From a virus (Duplodnaviria > Caudoviricetes), in the IMG/VR virus record IMGVR_UViG_3300037657_000263, positions 1 through 25,537 of that record: a DNA stretch of 25,537 bases. One strand, 5' to 3'. The position numbers and the translations under genes are program-made. Below the pieces are notes generated by a model, which worked only from the letters and a program-made list of their open reading frames with translations, was not told the DNA's origin and searched no databases. Every line of letters begins with the position of its first letter. Within the stretch, counting starts at the first letter, position 1. Below are positions 8,646 to 17,729 of this stretch, piece by piece.

Positions 8646-9509
8646 TCACACTGCGTGGGTTGGGGGTGGAACGTATGGGAACCCGCGGAAATTCACGAGA
8701 TTGCCGAACTTCAACTGGCATGTGGTTTGGGTGTGATCACAGCCAAGATAGGCAACGAATGTGTCGCCTGGCGCGGGGGCGTTCAAGAGAGGATAGGCAA
8801 GGGTCAGCTCCCCTGCGGTTCCACTCTTGATTGTCGCCGTCAGTCCAAAATTAATCCCTGACGTGAACGTCACCGTACCTTGCTGATAGGCCGACGAGGC
8901 GCTCGTCCATTGTATTGTCTTAGTGCTTGACCCGACACCCACGGTCCCATTCACGCCGAAGGCATTTTTGACAAGGCCGCAGCCAGAATCATAAAGCACA
9001 TGAACACATGACGGCGCGTAGAGATTTCTCGGCATATCCAGATCGAGAAGAATGAGGTCGGAGTTGACCGTAACCTCCGCCGTCGTCCGGCCGATTCTAT
9101 CGATCGTGCCAACACGTCCTTTGAACAAAGTCACGGTGCCAATAGGAGGCTCGGTCCATGAGCTCAGGAACGCGCGGTCCCGCTGGATTTTGCACCCATC
9201 GAACACGCCGTTTCTCAGCGCCTGCAGGAACGGTACGCCGCCGACGATATCCGCGTCTCTCGCGGATATCGTGATCTGCTGCTGATCGACATCAAGTCCG
9301 GCTGAACATTTAAACTTTAATCCATCCACAAGCACGGAGTCCGCAAGATACGTATAGCCCGCCCACACGACAGGGACATCGGCGCTTGTATAGGTCAACA
9401 CAAGGCCGCTCGAGAGAGTGAAGGTGTAAAGATCGGCAAGGTTGGCCTTGGCGTCGCGAGTGCGCAACATATCAAGGTGGGCGATCAGCTCGGGAGACGC
9501 GAACCTCAT
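8646..9509 (-). CDS. DUF2163/BR0599-family baseplate hub protein (RcGTA g13-like)
   Basis: LTYTSADVPV, GVFDGCKI, LFKGRVG, CVHVLYDSGCGL, GCDHTQTTCQLKFGNLVNFRGFPYVP (four conserved Cys). Confidence 0.9.
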   Translation of the reverse strand: MRFASPELIAHLDMLRTRDAKANLADLYTFTLSSGLVLTYTSADVPVVWAGYTYLADSVLVDGLKFKCSAGLDVDQQQITISARDADIVGGVPFLQALRNGVFDGCKIQRDRAFLSSWTEPPIGTVTLFKGRVGTIDRIGRTTAEVTVNSDLILLDLDMPRNLYAPSCVHVLYDSGCGLVKNAFGVNGTVGVGSSTKTIQWTSASSAYQQGTVTFTSGINFGLTATIKSGTAGELTLAYPLLNAPAPGDTFVAYLGCDHTQTTCQLKFGNLVNFRGFPYVPPPTHAV

Positions 9510-10120
9510 GATCTAACGCTCCGGAATCTCAAGCTTTCAACTCGCCACAGGTGAGGCATGAAATTCTCAAAATCGCCCTGGTCGTCAAGAAACCGGCATT
9601 CATACGCAAAGGCGAAATCCGCCGTGATGACCACTCCGGCGCCAGGTGGAGACGAAAAGGTGAGAGCGTTAGGCTCAGTGAGCGACCACCCTGAATCCTG
9701 GTCGACCCCATCCTGATAGACATGCGCGATGCTTGTCACCCAAGATACCGGTTCGATGAAGGTTCCGAGTGTCCGGACGAAGGTGAACGTCGTCGCTGTC
9801 CCATCGGCGATTGCGAGGGCTTGGCCAGTGATAGAATGATCCGAAGGATCGATATAAAGAAAGGTTCCGAACTGGCCCTTGCATTGCAGGTACAGCCCCA
9901 TCAATGCCTGCAGAGAATTGGCCCCGAGGCCCGGAAAGGCCGCATTTGAGGCCAGACCTTCGAAGGTCAATTCAAACTCATAGAGCGGGTAGGCAAAGTT
10001 GGGCGCTCTAATTTCGCGACCCGAGACATGTCCCGCCACTCGGGTTGCAAAAACCGGCTTTTTGTGGACGGACCAACCCTGGCCGGCAAGCACCGGAAGC
10101 ACTGGAGGCATTGGCATCAT
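9506..10120 (-). CDS. DUF2460-family distal tail protein (Dit, RcGTA g12-like)
   Basis: PVFATRVAGHVSGREIR...YEFEL, KGQFGTFLYIDPSD, ADGTATTF, PPGAGVVITADFAFAYECRFLDD. Confidence 0.88.
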   Translation of the reverse strand: MMPMPPVLPVLAGQGWSVHKKPVFATRVAGHVSGREIRAPNFAYPLYEFELTFEGLASNAAFPGLGANSLQALMGLYLQCKGQFGTFLYIDPSDHSITGQALAIADGTATTFTFVRTLGTFIEPVSWVTSIAHVYQDGVDQDSGWSLTEPNALTFSSPPGAGVVITADFAFAYECRFLDDQGDFENFMPHLWRVESLRFRSVRS

Positions 10121-12393
10121 TCCCCCCTCACCGCGCGAATCCGGATCGATTCACCCCGCCAAAGTCGTTCCATGAATGCCTCGATTTCGAGATGATCATC
10201 GGCGAACCGACAAAGCACCATGGGACCAAGCTCAAGTTCCTCTGGAACCGAGAGTTGAAACGGCAATTGAGGCCCACGCCGGTTCGCGTAGAACGCGACC
10301 AGGGTTTCAAGATCCTTCGTTCCGTCGTCCCTCAAGACATCGAAGGTAAGCTCGATTTCCAGCACCGCCCCAACCCTTCTTGCCGCCCGGCTCTCCCGCC
10401 CGGATATGTGCTCGCTGGCGATCGTCTCAAAGAGCGGCGCGTAGCGTATCGACCAGCCTTGTCCAGCAAGCTCGGGAAACGCCGGGTAGGATCCCGGCGA
10501 TAGCGGCACATCCGGCTGGGGGGGTAGGACAAACGGCCCCTTGCCCGCGATCCAGTTTCCACTCCGCCAATTGGCCGCGTCGCCCCATACTGACGAAAGC
10601 TTTGGGAAGGTCGGAAAGGGCCTTGCATCCCAGTTCCAGACCGAACAAAAGGCCGGCTCTAGCAGCACGATGCCTGCGTCCGAGACCTCGTTATTACCAT
10701 CCTCGAACCAATATTCATGGACCGCTTCAAGAGCGAGACGCGAGAGCGCGGCATCTTCCCTCGGCCGGAAGGATGAGCCGTCCGCCGGTTCCCACTCCGA
10801 CCAGAAGGGTGTGAAGCTTTCCGACGATTTTGGATCGAAGAAGACGTTCGGTTGATTGGTCCCCTTGTCGCAGGTCGGGTATCCATATTCCGTGAAGCTT
10901 ATGGATTTCGCTCGCGGACTCCACTTGGTATCAGCGCCCTGTGGTTCCCAGCCACCAGATACATCTGGATAAATTGCTTTATGGGTGTTGTTCCACCACC
11001 AGCGCAATTGCTTATTCGCGAGCAATTCCTGATTTGGATAATAGGGGGATCGAGATTGGGTTCGCCGGTCTCCGAGTGGACGGGAGACTTGCAGGCCCGA
11101 TCCGTGGGGATCCAATCCGCGTCCATCATTGCGACTATCGAAATAGGTCCAGTTGAATTTTTCGCCTCCTTCAATATTCGCCTTGAGATAGGCCTTCGAG
11201 TGGAGGCTCGGGTGTCCGTCAAGGCCAAGCCCGTTCATCGTGGCAGGGCTTGGCGGCCACGGTCCATCGGGCTTTGGGTCCGCCCAATGCAAGACATCGA
11301 GCCCACCCGCGCCGGCCGTCCAGTCTGATAATGGCAAATAATTATCAATCCCCACAAGGTCGATACTCGGATGCGCATAGAGCTGATCGAGGTGCGGCCA
11401 TTGTCCTTCATCGGACGGGTCGGACATTTCATGCTGGACCCCCATCCATACGGACCAGTCGGCCGCATAGCTGATGAGATTTTTCAACGCCGTGAGATTT
11501 TTCGCGAGCCCCGCGTCATCGAAAATCCCACGGACATCATCGGCAAGACTTTTCAAAGCATTGACAAAAGGATAATCCCAGATCGCCTTGCCGTCGCTCC
11601 CGATCGTCCCCGCTTTTGTCCAGGCCGGCCCGCGAATCGTCTCAAGACCGCGTAGCTCAGACCCCACAAGAAAGAGATCGACCCCTCCAGCCAGAACGCA
11701 AAGTTGGGCGTAATGCAGGATCATCCTGCGATAGGTGAAATCCGTCGCTGGGCCGCTATAGGCCACCGTGAGATTGATATTATCCCGGCTAAAGCTTCCG
11801 CTTGGAGCAGAGCCAAGGAAACTCGCGACCGCCGCAGCGGCGGCCGAGTTCCTATCAGGTGAATGGGTAATCCGGCCGCGCCATGGAAAGCCCCCCGGAA
11901 TATCCATCAGGATGAACGGATAAAAGACGACACGATAACCGCGCGCCTTCAGCTCTAGGATCGCCCGCACCACGGACTGATCCGATGGGGTTCCTCCATA
12001 GCTGAACGTGCCGCCACTCGACGAGATCGGGATGAGTTCCGGCGAATCCTGCGTCAATCCGGAGCAGCGCCATTCGTCCTGGTGCCACGCCCCGCCATAA
12101 TAAGCTTCGACCTCGCCGCCCGTATAGGTCGTCGATGGATAGATCCGGCAGGCGCCCGCGCTTGTCGAATTGCCGAACCACGAAATAATCAACGCAACGG
12201 TCCGGCACTCGGGGAACAAGGCTTCGAGCTGGTCGATCGCATAGGAAAAGTCGGTCGTCGCCCCGCCCGGTGCATGGTAGGTATTTATGCCAGATAGTTC
12301 TATTTCCTTGACCCGTCGGCCACGATAGGGAATCGTGTCATAGGATGCCTCACCGGTTGAGGGCAAAAGATTCACACCATTAATATAAGTCAT
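10117..12393 (-). CDS. GTA TIM-barrel-like (glycoside-hydrolase-like) protein with a fused C-terminal Dit/DUF2460-like domain
   Basis: YGGTPSDQSV, VFYPFILMD, FPWRGRIT, RRMILHYA, GSELRGL, SYAADWS, GIDNYLPLSDW, FTEYG.P..DKGTNQPNVFFDPKSSES, WNWDARPFP; the last ~120 aa align with the neighbouring DUF2460 protein. Confidence 0.88.
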   Translation of the reverse strand: MTYINGVNLLPSTGEASYDTIPYRGRRVKEIELSGINTYHAPGGATTDFSYAIDQLEALFPECRTVALIISWFGNSTSAGACRIYPSTTYTGGEVEAYYGGAWHQDEWRCSGLTQDSPELIPISSSGGTFSYGGTPSDQSVVRAILELKARGYRVVFYPFILMDIPGGFPWRGRITHSPDRNSAAAAAVASFLGSAPSGSFSRDNINLTVAYSGPATDFTYRRMILHYAQLCVLAGGVDLFLVGSELRGLETIRGPAWTKAGTIGSDGKAIWDYPFVNALKSLADDVRGIFDDAGLAKNLTALKNLISYAADWSVWMGVQHEMSDPSDEGQWPHLDQLYAHPSIDLVGIDNYLPLSDWTAGAGGLDVLHWADPKPDGPWPPSPATMNGLGLDGHPSLHSKAYLKANIEGGEKFNWTYFDSRNDGRGLDPHGSGLQVSRPLGDRRTQSRSPYYPNQELLANKQLRWWWNNTHKAIYPDVSGGWEPQGADTKWSPRAKSISFTEYGYPTCDKGTNQPNVFFDPKSSESFTPFWSEWEPADGSSFRPREDAALSRLALEAVHEYWFEDGNNEVSDAGIVLLEPAFCSVWNWDARPFPTFPKLSSVWGDAANWRSGNWIAGKGPFVLPPQPDVPLSPGSYPAFPELAGQGWSIRYAPLFETIASEHISGRESRAARRVGAVLEIELTFDVLRDDGTKDLETLVAFYANRRGPQLPFQLSVPEELELGPMVLCRFADDHLEIEAFMERLWRGESIRIRAVRGE

Positions 12394-13652
12394 GCACCGC
12401 CGCCGAGCTTGCCAAGACCAAGATGCGCGCCCGTCCGCACGCCTTCGCTGATCGTGCGCATAATGGTCCGATCATGGTTCTTGAGGAACCGCTTGACACT
12501 TTGAGCGTCTACGGCGTTCACGTTGATATTCGTCGAATGATGAACGGTGGCTTTGCCCTTCTCTCCGAGCGGTCCATTATCGAGCGCGGAGCGCCAGGCT
12601 GCCGCCGGACCGGCCGGAACGATCATCTCGCCCTTGTGCACTTGCGCAATCATATCGCCAGGCAATTCCCAGGATCCGACCGCGAAAGACGCAAGGCCGC
12701 TCGCAACGCCAAGCACCGTTGCCTGGCCAGCCAGCGCAGGCCCTGCCGCCGCTGGCCCCATAATTGGAGAGAGGAAACCAAAGATGCCGGCGAAAGTCTG
12801 CGCCGCAGAGGCAAAAATGCTTTTCAAGATCCCCGAGATGATGCCAAGCCCGGAACTTGCGGCGGCCGTGCTCTCGAGACTTGTGCGCGCGGATGTCCCG
12901 GCCGACACGGCCGCTGTCTTCGTGGCCTCACCCGCGGTTGTCGCGGCCGTCTGCGCCGCAACACCGGCAAGCCAATCCGCCACCATGCGAATGCGCGCCT
13001 GGACGAAGCTTTGGATGACTTGCAGCAGAATGTTGCGGGCGGCATCCCGCAACGACATCGTGCCCTGGATCATGCCCATGATCGACCGCGTGACGCTTCC
13101 GCCGATCTGGTCAAATGAGCGACGATAATCGCGAAAAACCTGCGCGCTTGTTTCGCGCTCGATGGCTTGCCGCCTCAGCGCCGACTGGCTCGTCAGTTCC
13201 TCTAGCCGGTGTTGTGTCGCCGCATAGGCTGACGTTCCTTGCCGGTAGGATCCGGCAAGGAACTGCAGATAATTGCGCTCCACATCCACACGCCGATTTT
13301 CGAGCGTGAGGAGGCTCGTCAACTCATCCTGGCGGGAAATCTGCGCCAATTGAGCCTGCTGCCGAACGCTCGTTGCCTGTTCCCTCAGGCCGCTTAAGGC
13401 AAGCGCCCGGCGCGACTGCTCCGTCTGGCGCGCGATCACCAGCTCATCGCCGCTAGCGGCGCGCATCGCCGACGTCTGGCGCGCCGCTTGGGCTGCATAG
13501 GCCTGTGTCAGTGAGCCGAATGAGGCATTAAGCTGATTAGCCCCGTTCCGCAGCGAACCAATGGTCGAATCCATCGTGCTCGCCGCTTGCTGCAACCGGC
13601 TTTGCAAATCGGAGACATCCGCAGAAAACGTGATGACGATATCATCGGACAT
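12390..13652 (-). CDS. Tail tape measure protein (short, 420 aa)
   Basis: Ala/Gln/Ser-rich helical sequence; N-terminus DIVITFSADVSDL; C-terminal SFAVGSWELPGDMIAQVHKGEMIVPA; follows the tail chaperones. Confidence 0.85.
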   Translation of the reverse strand: MSDDIVITFSADVSDLQSRLQQAASTMDSTIGSLRNGANQLNASFGSLTQAYAAQAARQTSAMRAASGDELVIARQTEQSRRALALSGLREQATSVRQQAQLAQISRQDELTSLLTLENRRVDVERNYLQFLAGSYRQGTSAYAATQHRLEELTSQSALRRQAIERETSAQVFRDYRRSFDQIGGSVTRSIMGMIQGTMSLRDAARNILLQVIQSFVQARIRMVADWLAGVAAQTAATTAGEATKTAAVSAGTSARTSLESTAAASSGLGIISGILKSIFASAAQTFAGIFGFLSPIMGPAAAGPALAGQATVLGVASGLASFAVGSWELPGDMIAQVHKGEMIVPAGPAAAWRSALDNGPLGEKGKATVHHSTNINVNAVDAQSVKRFLKNHDRTIMRTISEGVRTGAHLGLGKLGGGA

Positions 13653-13801
13653 GCATGCTTGTCCTTGCGGCCTTGCGGTGGAGGCGACATGTCACGACCT
13701 TGGTTCGGTTAAGAGCCAGACATGCCACCCAACGAGGAGGTCTTGGAATTCACGCGCCGGGAGGCCTGGCGCGTGTCCGGCTGTGCGGTGGCCTTTTCGA
13801 A

Positions 13802-14107
13802 TCACCCCCCTTCATCGACGCGCACGAATCCGTCAGGACAACGCGTGATAAGGGCCCCGATCCCGCTTGGGTCCGCCTCGCTCCGCACGGCGGTTTCCTC
13901 GGCTTTCCGCTCGATGCCATAAACGCATTTCAGGATCTCGTGTACGGGTGGATGGTCCTGCCAATAGGCGAATAGTTCAACCACGTCGCAAAAAGGCATA
14001 TCGTCGATTTCAGCGGGCGTGTAATGGCAGGCCGCCATAAGCCGCGCATAGACCTTGGCGAAATCTACGCGGGCGGGCTTCCTCCCTGAAGCGCGCCCGC
14101 AACAGCT
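13802..14107 (-). CDS. Tail assembly chaperone, frameshift extension (gpGT-like C-terminal part)
   Basis: The -1 frame is open from the GGGGGAA site (14107-14113) through VDFAKVYARLMAACHYTPAEIDDM to the stop at 13802; the ORF track starts it at ATG 14038. Confidence 0.72.
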   Translation of the reverse strand, partial: SCCGRASGRKPARVDFAKVYARLMAACHYTPAEIDDMPFCDVVELFAYWQDHPPVHEILKCVYGIERKAEETAVRSEADPSGIGALITRCPDGFVRVDEGG

Positions 14108-14409
14108 TCCCCCGGGCGCGGCTCCGTGCCGCTCGAGGTCTCAACAAAGCCACCGAGTTTGAGCACGACCGCCATCGCCGCTCCGATCTCACTCGCGGTC
14201 GCCTCGATTTCCGATAGCGTCGAGGCTGCCTCCGGGTGGTCGCGCCGAAGCGCGATCGCGACAATGAACATTGCCGCACTGATATGGCCCTTCGATTCGA
14301 ACGTGCTCTCCATCAGGATCGGCTCGATCGCCTGCACCTGAGCAAGTGTCAAAGGCCGAATTGTCCATTGCTGCTCGCCGAGCACGATAGTCTCTGCCCC
14401 CACCCGCAT
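14065..14409 (-). CDS. Tail assembly chaperone (gpG-like)
   Basis: 114 aa between tail tube and tape measure; IVLGEQQWTIRPLTLAQV; PGE near the end encoded by CCG GGG GAA. Confidence 0.8.
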   Translation of the reverse strand: MRVGAETIVLGEQQWTIRPLTLAQVQAIEPILMESTFESKGHISAAMFIVAIALRRDHPEAASTLSEIEATASEIGAAMAVVLKLGGFVETSSGTEPRPGEAVAGALQGGSPPA

Positions 14410-14410
14410 G

Positions 14411-15148
14411 TTAGGACGCCTCCGCGAAGGACCAGGTCATGACATTGCCCGCAGCATCCGCGTAGCAGGAAAAATCGAACTCGGGCATGACGAAGTCCTC
14501 GAGCTTTGTTTTGAAGCTCAGCTTGTTCGAGGTGCAATTATTGAGTCTCAGCGACACCGCCTGCCCCTGGAACGTCGTGTAGAACTGCGCCTGAAATGTA
14601 GGCGTCGTGCCCAGCAATTGATTGGTGACCGAGAACTTATGACCACTGCCACTTAGCGAATAGGTATAGCTCGCCAGCACAGCCTTGCCTGTATCCGCGG
14701 CGTTGAATGTATAGACACCCGAGGCAACGGAATATTGCCCAGGCGAGGGAGCGGCAGCGACCTTCGTCAAAGGTAGTCCGGTCGCGACGTATACAACGCC
14801 ATGGTCATCGGAAAAGCTCGCGGCGTTTGCCACCGTCACCGTATAGGGCGCTGCGGCCGGCACCGTCCCTGCCTCGGCAAACGAGGTTGCAAGCTGCCCA
14901 GCGGATGGAGAAATCCCGTAAAACAGGTGGGCAAAGGCTAGGCCCGAGATCCGCGCGACCTTCGCCTTTCCCGTGGTCTTGATCGTGCCGCGCGCCTCGA
15001 CGATCGCCCGCTGATATTGGCCATGCAATTCCTTGATTGTCGCGGTTTCCTCGATCGTAACCTCCTGCACGAGCCCGAAATTAACCGGCGTCGCATTTGG
15101 GATGTCCGTGCGGGTTCCGAGCAAGATACCGGAGCCGAAACTATACAT
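14411..15148 (-). CDS. Major tail tube protein with inserted beta-domain
   Basis: YSFGSG...FGLVQEVTIEETATIKELHGQYQ...RG N-terminus and C-terminal KLEDFVMPEFDFSCYAD; SD AAGGAAAGGG; position in operon. Confidence 0.8.
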   Translation of the reverse strand: MYSFGSGILLGTRTDIPNATPVNFGLVQEVTIEETATIKELHGQYQRAIVEARGTIKTTGKAKVARISGLAFAHLFYGISPSAGQLATSFAEAGTVPAAAPYTVTVANAASFSDDHGVVYVATGLPLTKVAAAPSPGQYSVASGVYTFNAADTGKAVLASYTYSLSGSGHKFSVTNQLLGTTPTFQAQFYTTFQGQAVSLRLNNCTSNKLSFKTKLEDFVMPEFDFSCYADAAGNVMTWSFAEAS

Positions 15149-15202
15149 CGAAGACCCTTTCCTTCGTGATCATGTCATTTGGTCGCGGAATGAGCCGATC
15201 GT

Positions 15203-15394
15203 CTACGATTCTGCACCGGCGAGGCTTGCCAGGGCTTCCGCGAGCTGCAGCTTCAAGATTTCCTTGGCCTCGTAGAGAAGATTCCACGCCTCTGTATCGC
15301 GTGCCACGGCCGATCCGTGGAAATGTGAAAAGTGCCATTCATCCACAAGCTCGGCGAGGCGATCCACTGTCAATTTCGCTACAGGTTCCGACAT
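15203..15394 (-). CDS. Small hypothetical protein
   Basis: 63 aa helical; AGGA upstream; fills the gap between tail terminator and tube genes. Confidence 0.65.
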   Translation of the reverse strand: MSEPVAKLTVDRLAELVDEWHFSHFHGSAVARDTEAWNLLYEAKEILKLQLAEALASLAGAES

Positions 15395-15403
15395 ATTGAG
15401 TTC

Positions 15404-15853
15404 CTATGGGAGGACGATCTCGATCGGCACGATCACGAGCGCATCGCCATCGAGATCGCCCGGGTCCTTCAAAATCTTGCCATCGATCCGGCAATGGTAA
15501 ACTATTCCGCCAAGGGTGTTGCGACCTATGCAAAGGTCAGCGCCGGACAAGGCGAAGGCTCCTTCAAGGGCATCGAGGACATCATTGATAAGCGGGGCCC
15601 CACTCGTCGTCTGATCTTTTGCATTGAGATAAATGAACAGCCGGATTTCGAGCACACGCTTTGGAACCGCACTTGCGCTCCACGAGTGACGTTCCTCACC
15701 CCCCTCGAACAGAAAGCACGCAGGACGATTAACGGATGGAACATCGCTCCAAAGCCTAAGGCGGCGCGCAGGACCAAGCTTCCAGGGATAGGCGGCTGCG
15801 ATCAATCCCATCAGAGCCGTCATGACATTTTCGCGCGATGGCGCAGCCATCAA
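15404..15853 (-). CDS. Putative tail terminator/completion protein
   Basis: 149 aa (RENVMTAL...NRPACFL...LINDVLDALE...TLGGIV...VIVPIEI); SD AAGGGAG; position upstream of tube. Confidence 0.7.
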   Translation of the reverse strand: MMAAPSRENVMTALMGLIAAAYPWKLGPARRLRLWSDVPSVNRPACFLFEGGEERHSWSASAVPKRVLEIRLFIYLNAKDQTTSGAPLINDVLDALEGAFALSGADLCIGRNTLGGIVYHCRIDGKILKDPGDLDGDALVIVPIEIVLP

Positions 15854-15905
15854 ACTCTCCCTTCAGGATGAAGCGATCCGCGATCTTAACAGCGTCGGCG
15901 TGGTG

Positions 15906-16337
15906 TCATTTCTGGCCAGAACGCAAAGCCTCGATAGCCAAACGTTTCAGATCTGGCTCCACATCACCGCGCACCATGGACAGCATGCGTGCGGCCTCCT
16001 GATCGCGCCCCAACACCTTTTCGCCAGCTCGCCGCGATAGCCCGTCGTCGGAACCGCCATTATGATCCAAAATCCCGTTCTTCAGGTTCACCAATTCCCG
16101 CGCATTGCGTTTTGTGGCAATGGCCGCCAAGGATGCGCGCTCTGCCTTCGACCCCAATGGCGCCGCCGCGTTACCGTCTGGACCTCCTGCCGTAACAGCG
16201 GCTTGCCCTTCTTCCGAAGAAATAACCGCTCCCACATCCGGGCGAGCCAATTGTTCTTTCAAACGCGCCAGGACAAGATCGCGGACGGCATCGACACGGT
16301 ATCGCCACATCCCGGCGATGTCCTCAGGGCTCATCAT
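15906..16337 (-). CDS. Hypothetical protein at the tail-completion/neck position, divergent
   Basis: ATGA overlap with the adaptor gene; 143 aa; no motif recognised with confidence. Confidence 0.55.
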   Translation of the reverse strand: MMSPEDIAGMWRYRVDAVRDLVLARLKEQLARPDVGAVISSEEGQAAVTAGGPDGNAAAPLGSKAERASLAAIATKRNARELVNLKNGILDHNGGSDDGLSRRAGEKVLGRDQEAARMLSMVRGDVEPDLKRLAIEALRSGQK

Positions 16338-17161
16338 GGCATGACCACACGGCGATAAGGCTGCAGACCGAGAGCGACGTAATCCGGCATGTCCTTTACG
16401 ACAAAGGCAATTGTCTCATGACCGCCAAGCGCTTTTGATCGCTGCCCGATGCGGGATCGATAGGCATAGCGCTCGGCCGCCCATTCAATACAACAAGACG
16501 CCAGATCGGCCGGGACATAGCCATAGGTGATAAGGACTTCCCGTCCCGCATCCGCGCTGGCGAATGCGTAGGTACCATCGTCAACGGCATATTGACCAGC
16601 ACCCGGCATTTCGGACACAAGCTCGAACGGCCCGCCATCCAGATCGATTACCCCTCCGTCGCATGCATAGGCGCCATAGGGCGCAAGCACGGAGGTCATG
16701 TAGGGAGTGTTCACGGGGACGGTAGCGGGTTCATTGGTTCTCTGATAGCCCGCCTTATAGATAACATGCACATTCTGCACACCCGAACCAAAGCTAGCCC
16801 CGCGCAAGGATAATCTCTGCATGGCACCGGGTGGCGCCAGATCTGGGGCATCGAAGACATAGCCACCCTGACCCACTGCCCCCGGCGCAAGTGACGTTCC
16901 AGCCGGAACCGCGAGAGCGTTTACACTACAGGAAAGGACCTCATTGACCGGCCATTGTCGTAGCAGGATCGACTCGTCCATCCCGCCGTCGTGAAACTCG
17001 ACATAGGTCGCGGGCAAGATCGAGGGCCGATTGATCGTGCTGAGGATAGCACGGCTCATCTGGGTGATGAGCCGTGCAAGAATTTCGTCATCGTCGCTTC
17101 CTGCAACATCGAGCCAGCGCTTAAGGTCAGCCAGCCTCGCGAGGTCGAAGGGGGATCCCAT
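16334..17161 (-). CDS. Head-tail connector (adaptor) protein with inserted beta-domain
   Basis: LADLKRWL...DDDEILARLI, LRQWPV, VHVIYKAGY, VPADLASCCIEWAAERY, MPDYVALGLQPYRR. Confidence 0.82.
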   Translation of the reverse strand: MGSPFDLARLADLKRWLDVAGSDDDEILARLITQMSRAILSTINRPSILPATYVEFHDGGMDESILLRQWPVNEVLSCSVNALAVPAGTSLAPGAVGQGGYVFDAPDLAPPGAMQRLSLRGASFGSGVQNVHVIYKAGYQRTNEPATVPVNTPYMTSVLAPYGAYACDGGVIDLDGGPFELVSEMPGAGQYAVDDGTYAFASADAGREVLITYGYVPADLASCCIEWAAERYAYRSRIGQRSKALGGHETIAFVVKDMPDYVALGLQPYRRVVMP

Positions 17162-17258
17162 TACATGAAGGCCTTTCCATCAAATATAGATTTGGTGGCG
17201 CAGATTCTTTGCGCGAAAATCCACCGCGCCCGAGCGCCACCCGCTTGCCTAACGAGCG

Positions 17259-17600
17259 TCACGCCCCGCGCGCACGACGTGCCAGCGCGCGCAATTCGTC
17301 ATTAGTGACTGGCAGCGAGACAGCAACACGCCTTTCCTTGAGGAAAGCAAAAAGCGCCAGCCGGTTCATGCTTTCAATCGCGCGGTGATCACTCAGATCA
17401 CTCGCGCTCCGCGCCTCACCTTCTTGGCTTACGGGCTCCAAAGGCCGGGGTGTGGCGCCAGGCGGGATCGGAACAAATCCATGTGGACCGAGAGCGGCAA
17501 AGGCATCCGCCTCGACGTCAACCGATCCGTCTTCATCAATCGTGAGGATGCGGCCTTGATAAGACAATGCGACGCAGCCTTCAGGAGCCCAAATTTTCAC
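17259..17600 (-). CDS. Small post-capsid protein, possible head decoration/packaging accessory with C-terminal HeH/LEM-like helices
   Basis: GTG 17600 with GAGGG upstream (ORF track start 17660); C-terminus IESMNRLALFAFLKERRV...TNDELRALA. Confidence 0.6.
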   Translation of the reverse strand: MKIWAPEGCVALSYQGRILTIDEDGSVDVEADAFAALGPHGFVPIPPGATPRPLEPVSQEGEARSASDLSDHRAIESMNRLALFAFLKERRVAVSLPVTNDELRALARRARGA

Positions 17601-17729
17601 TGGTTTGCCCTCGTACGAAATGGCCATTCCTGCTGCGCCGGACGCGATGGCTTGCTCCACTCCATCGATCGCCCATGCGCACGCTGGAGAGCCAGCCGAT
17701 ATTGACGACGGGCTCCGATCCTAAACAGA

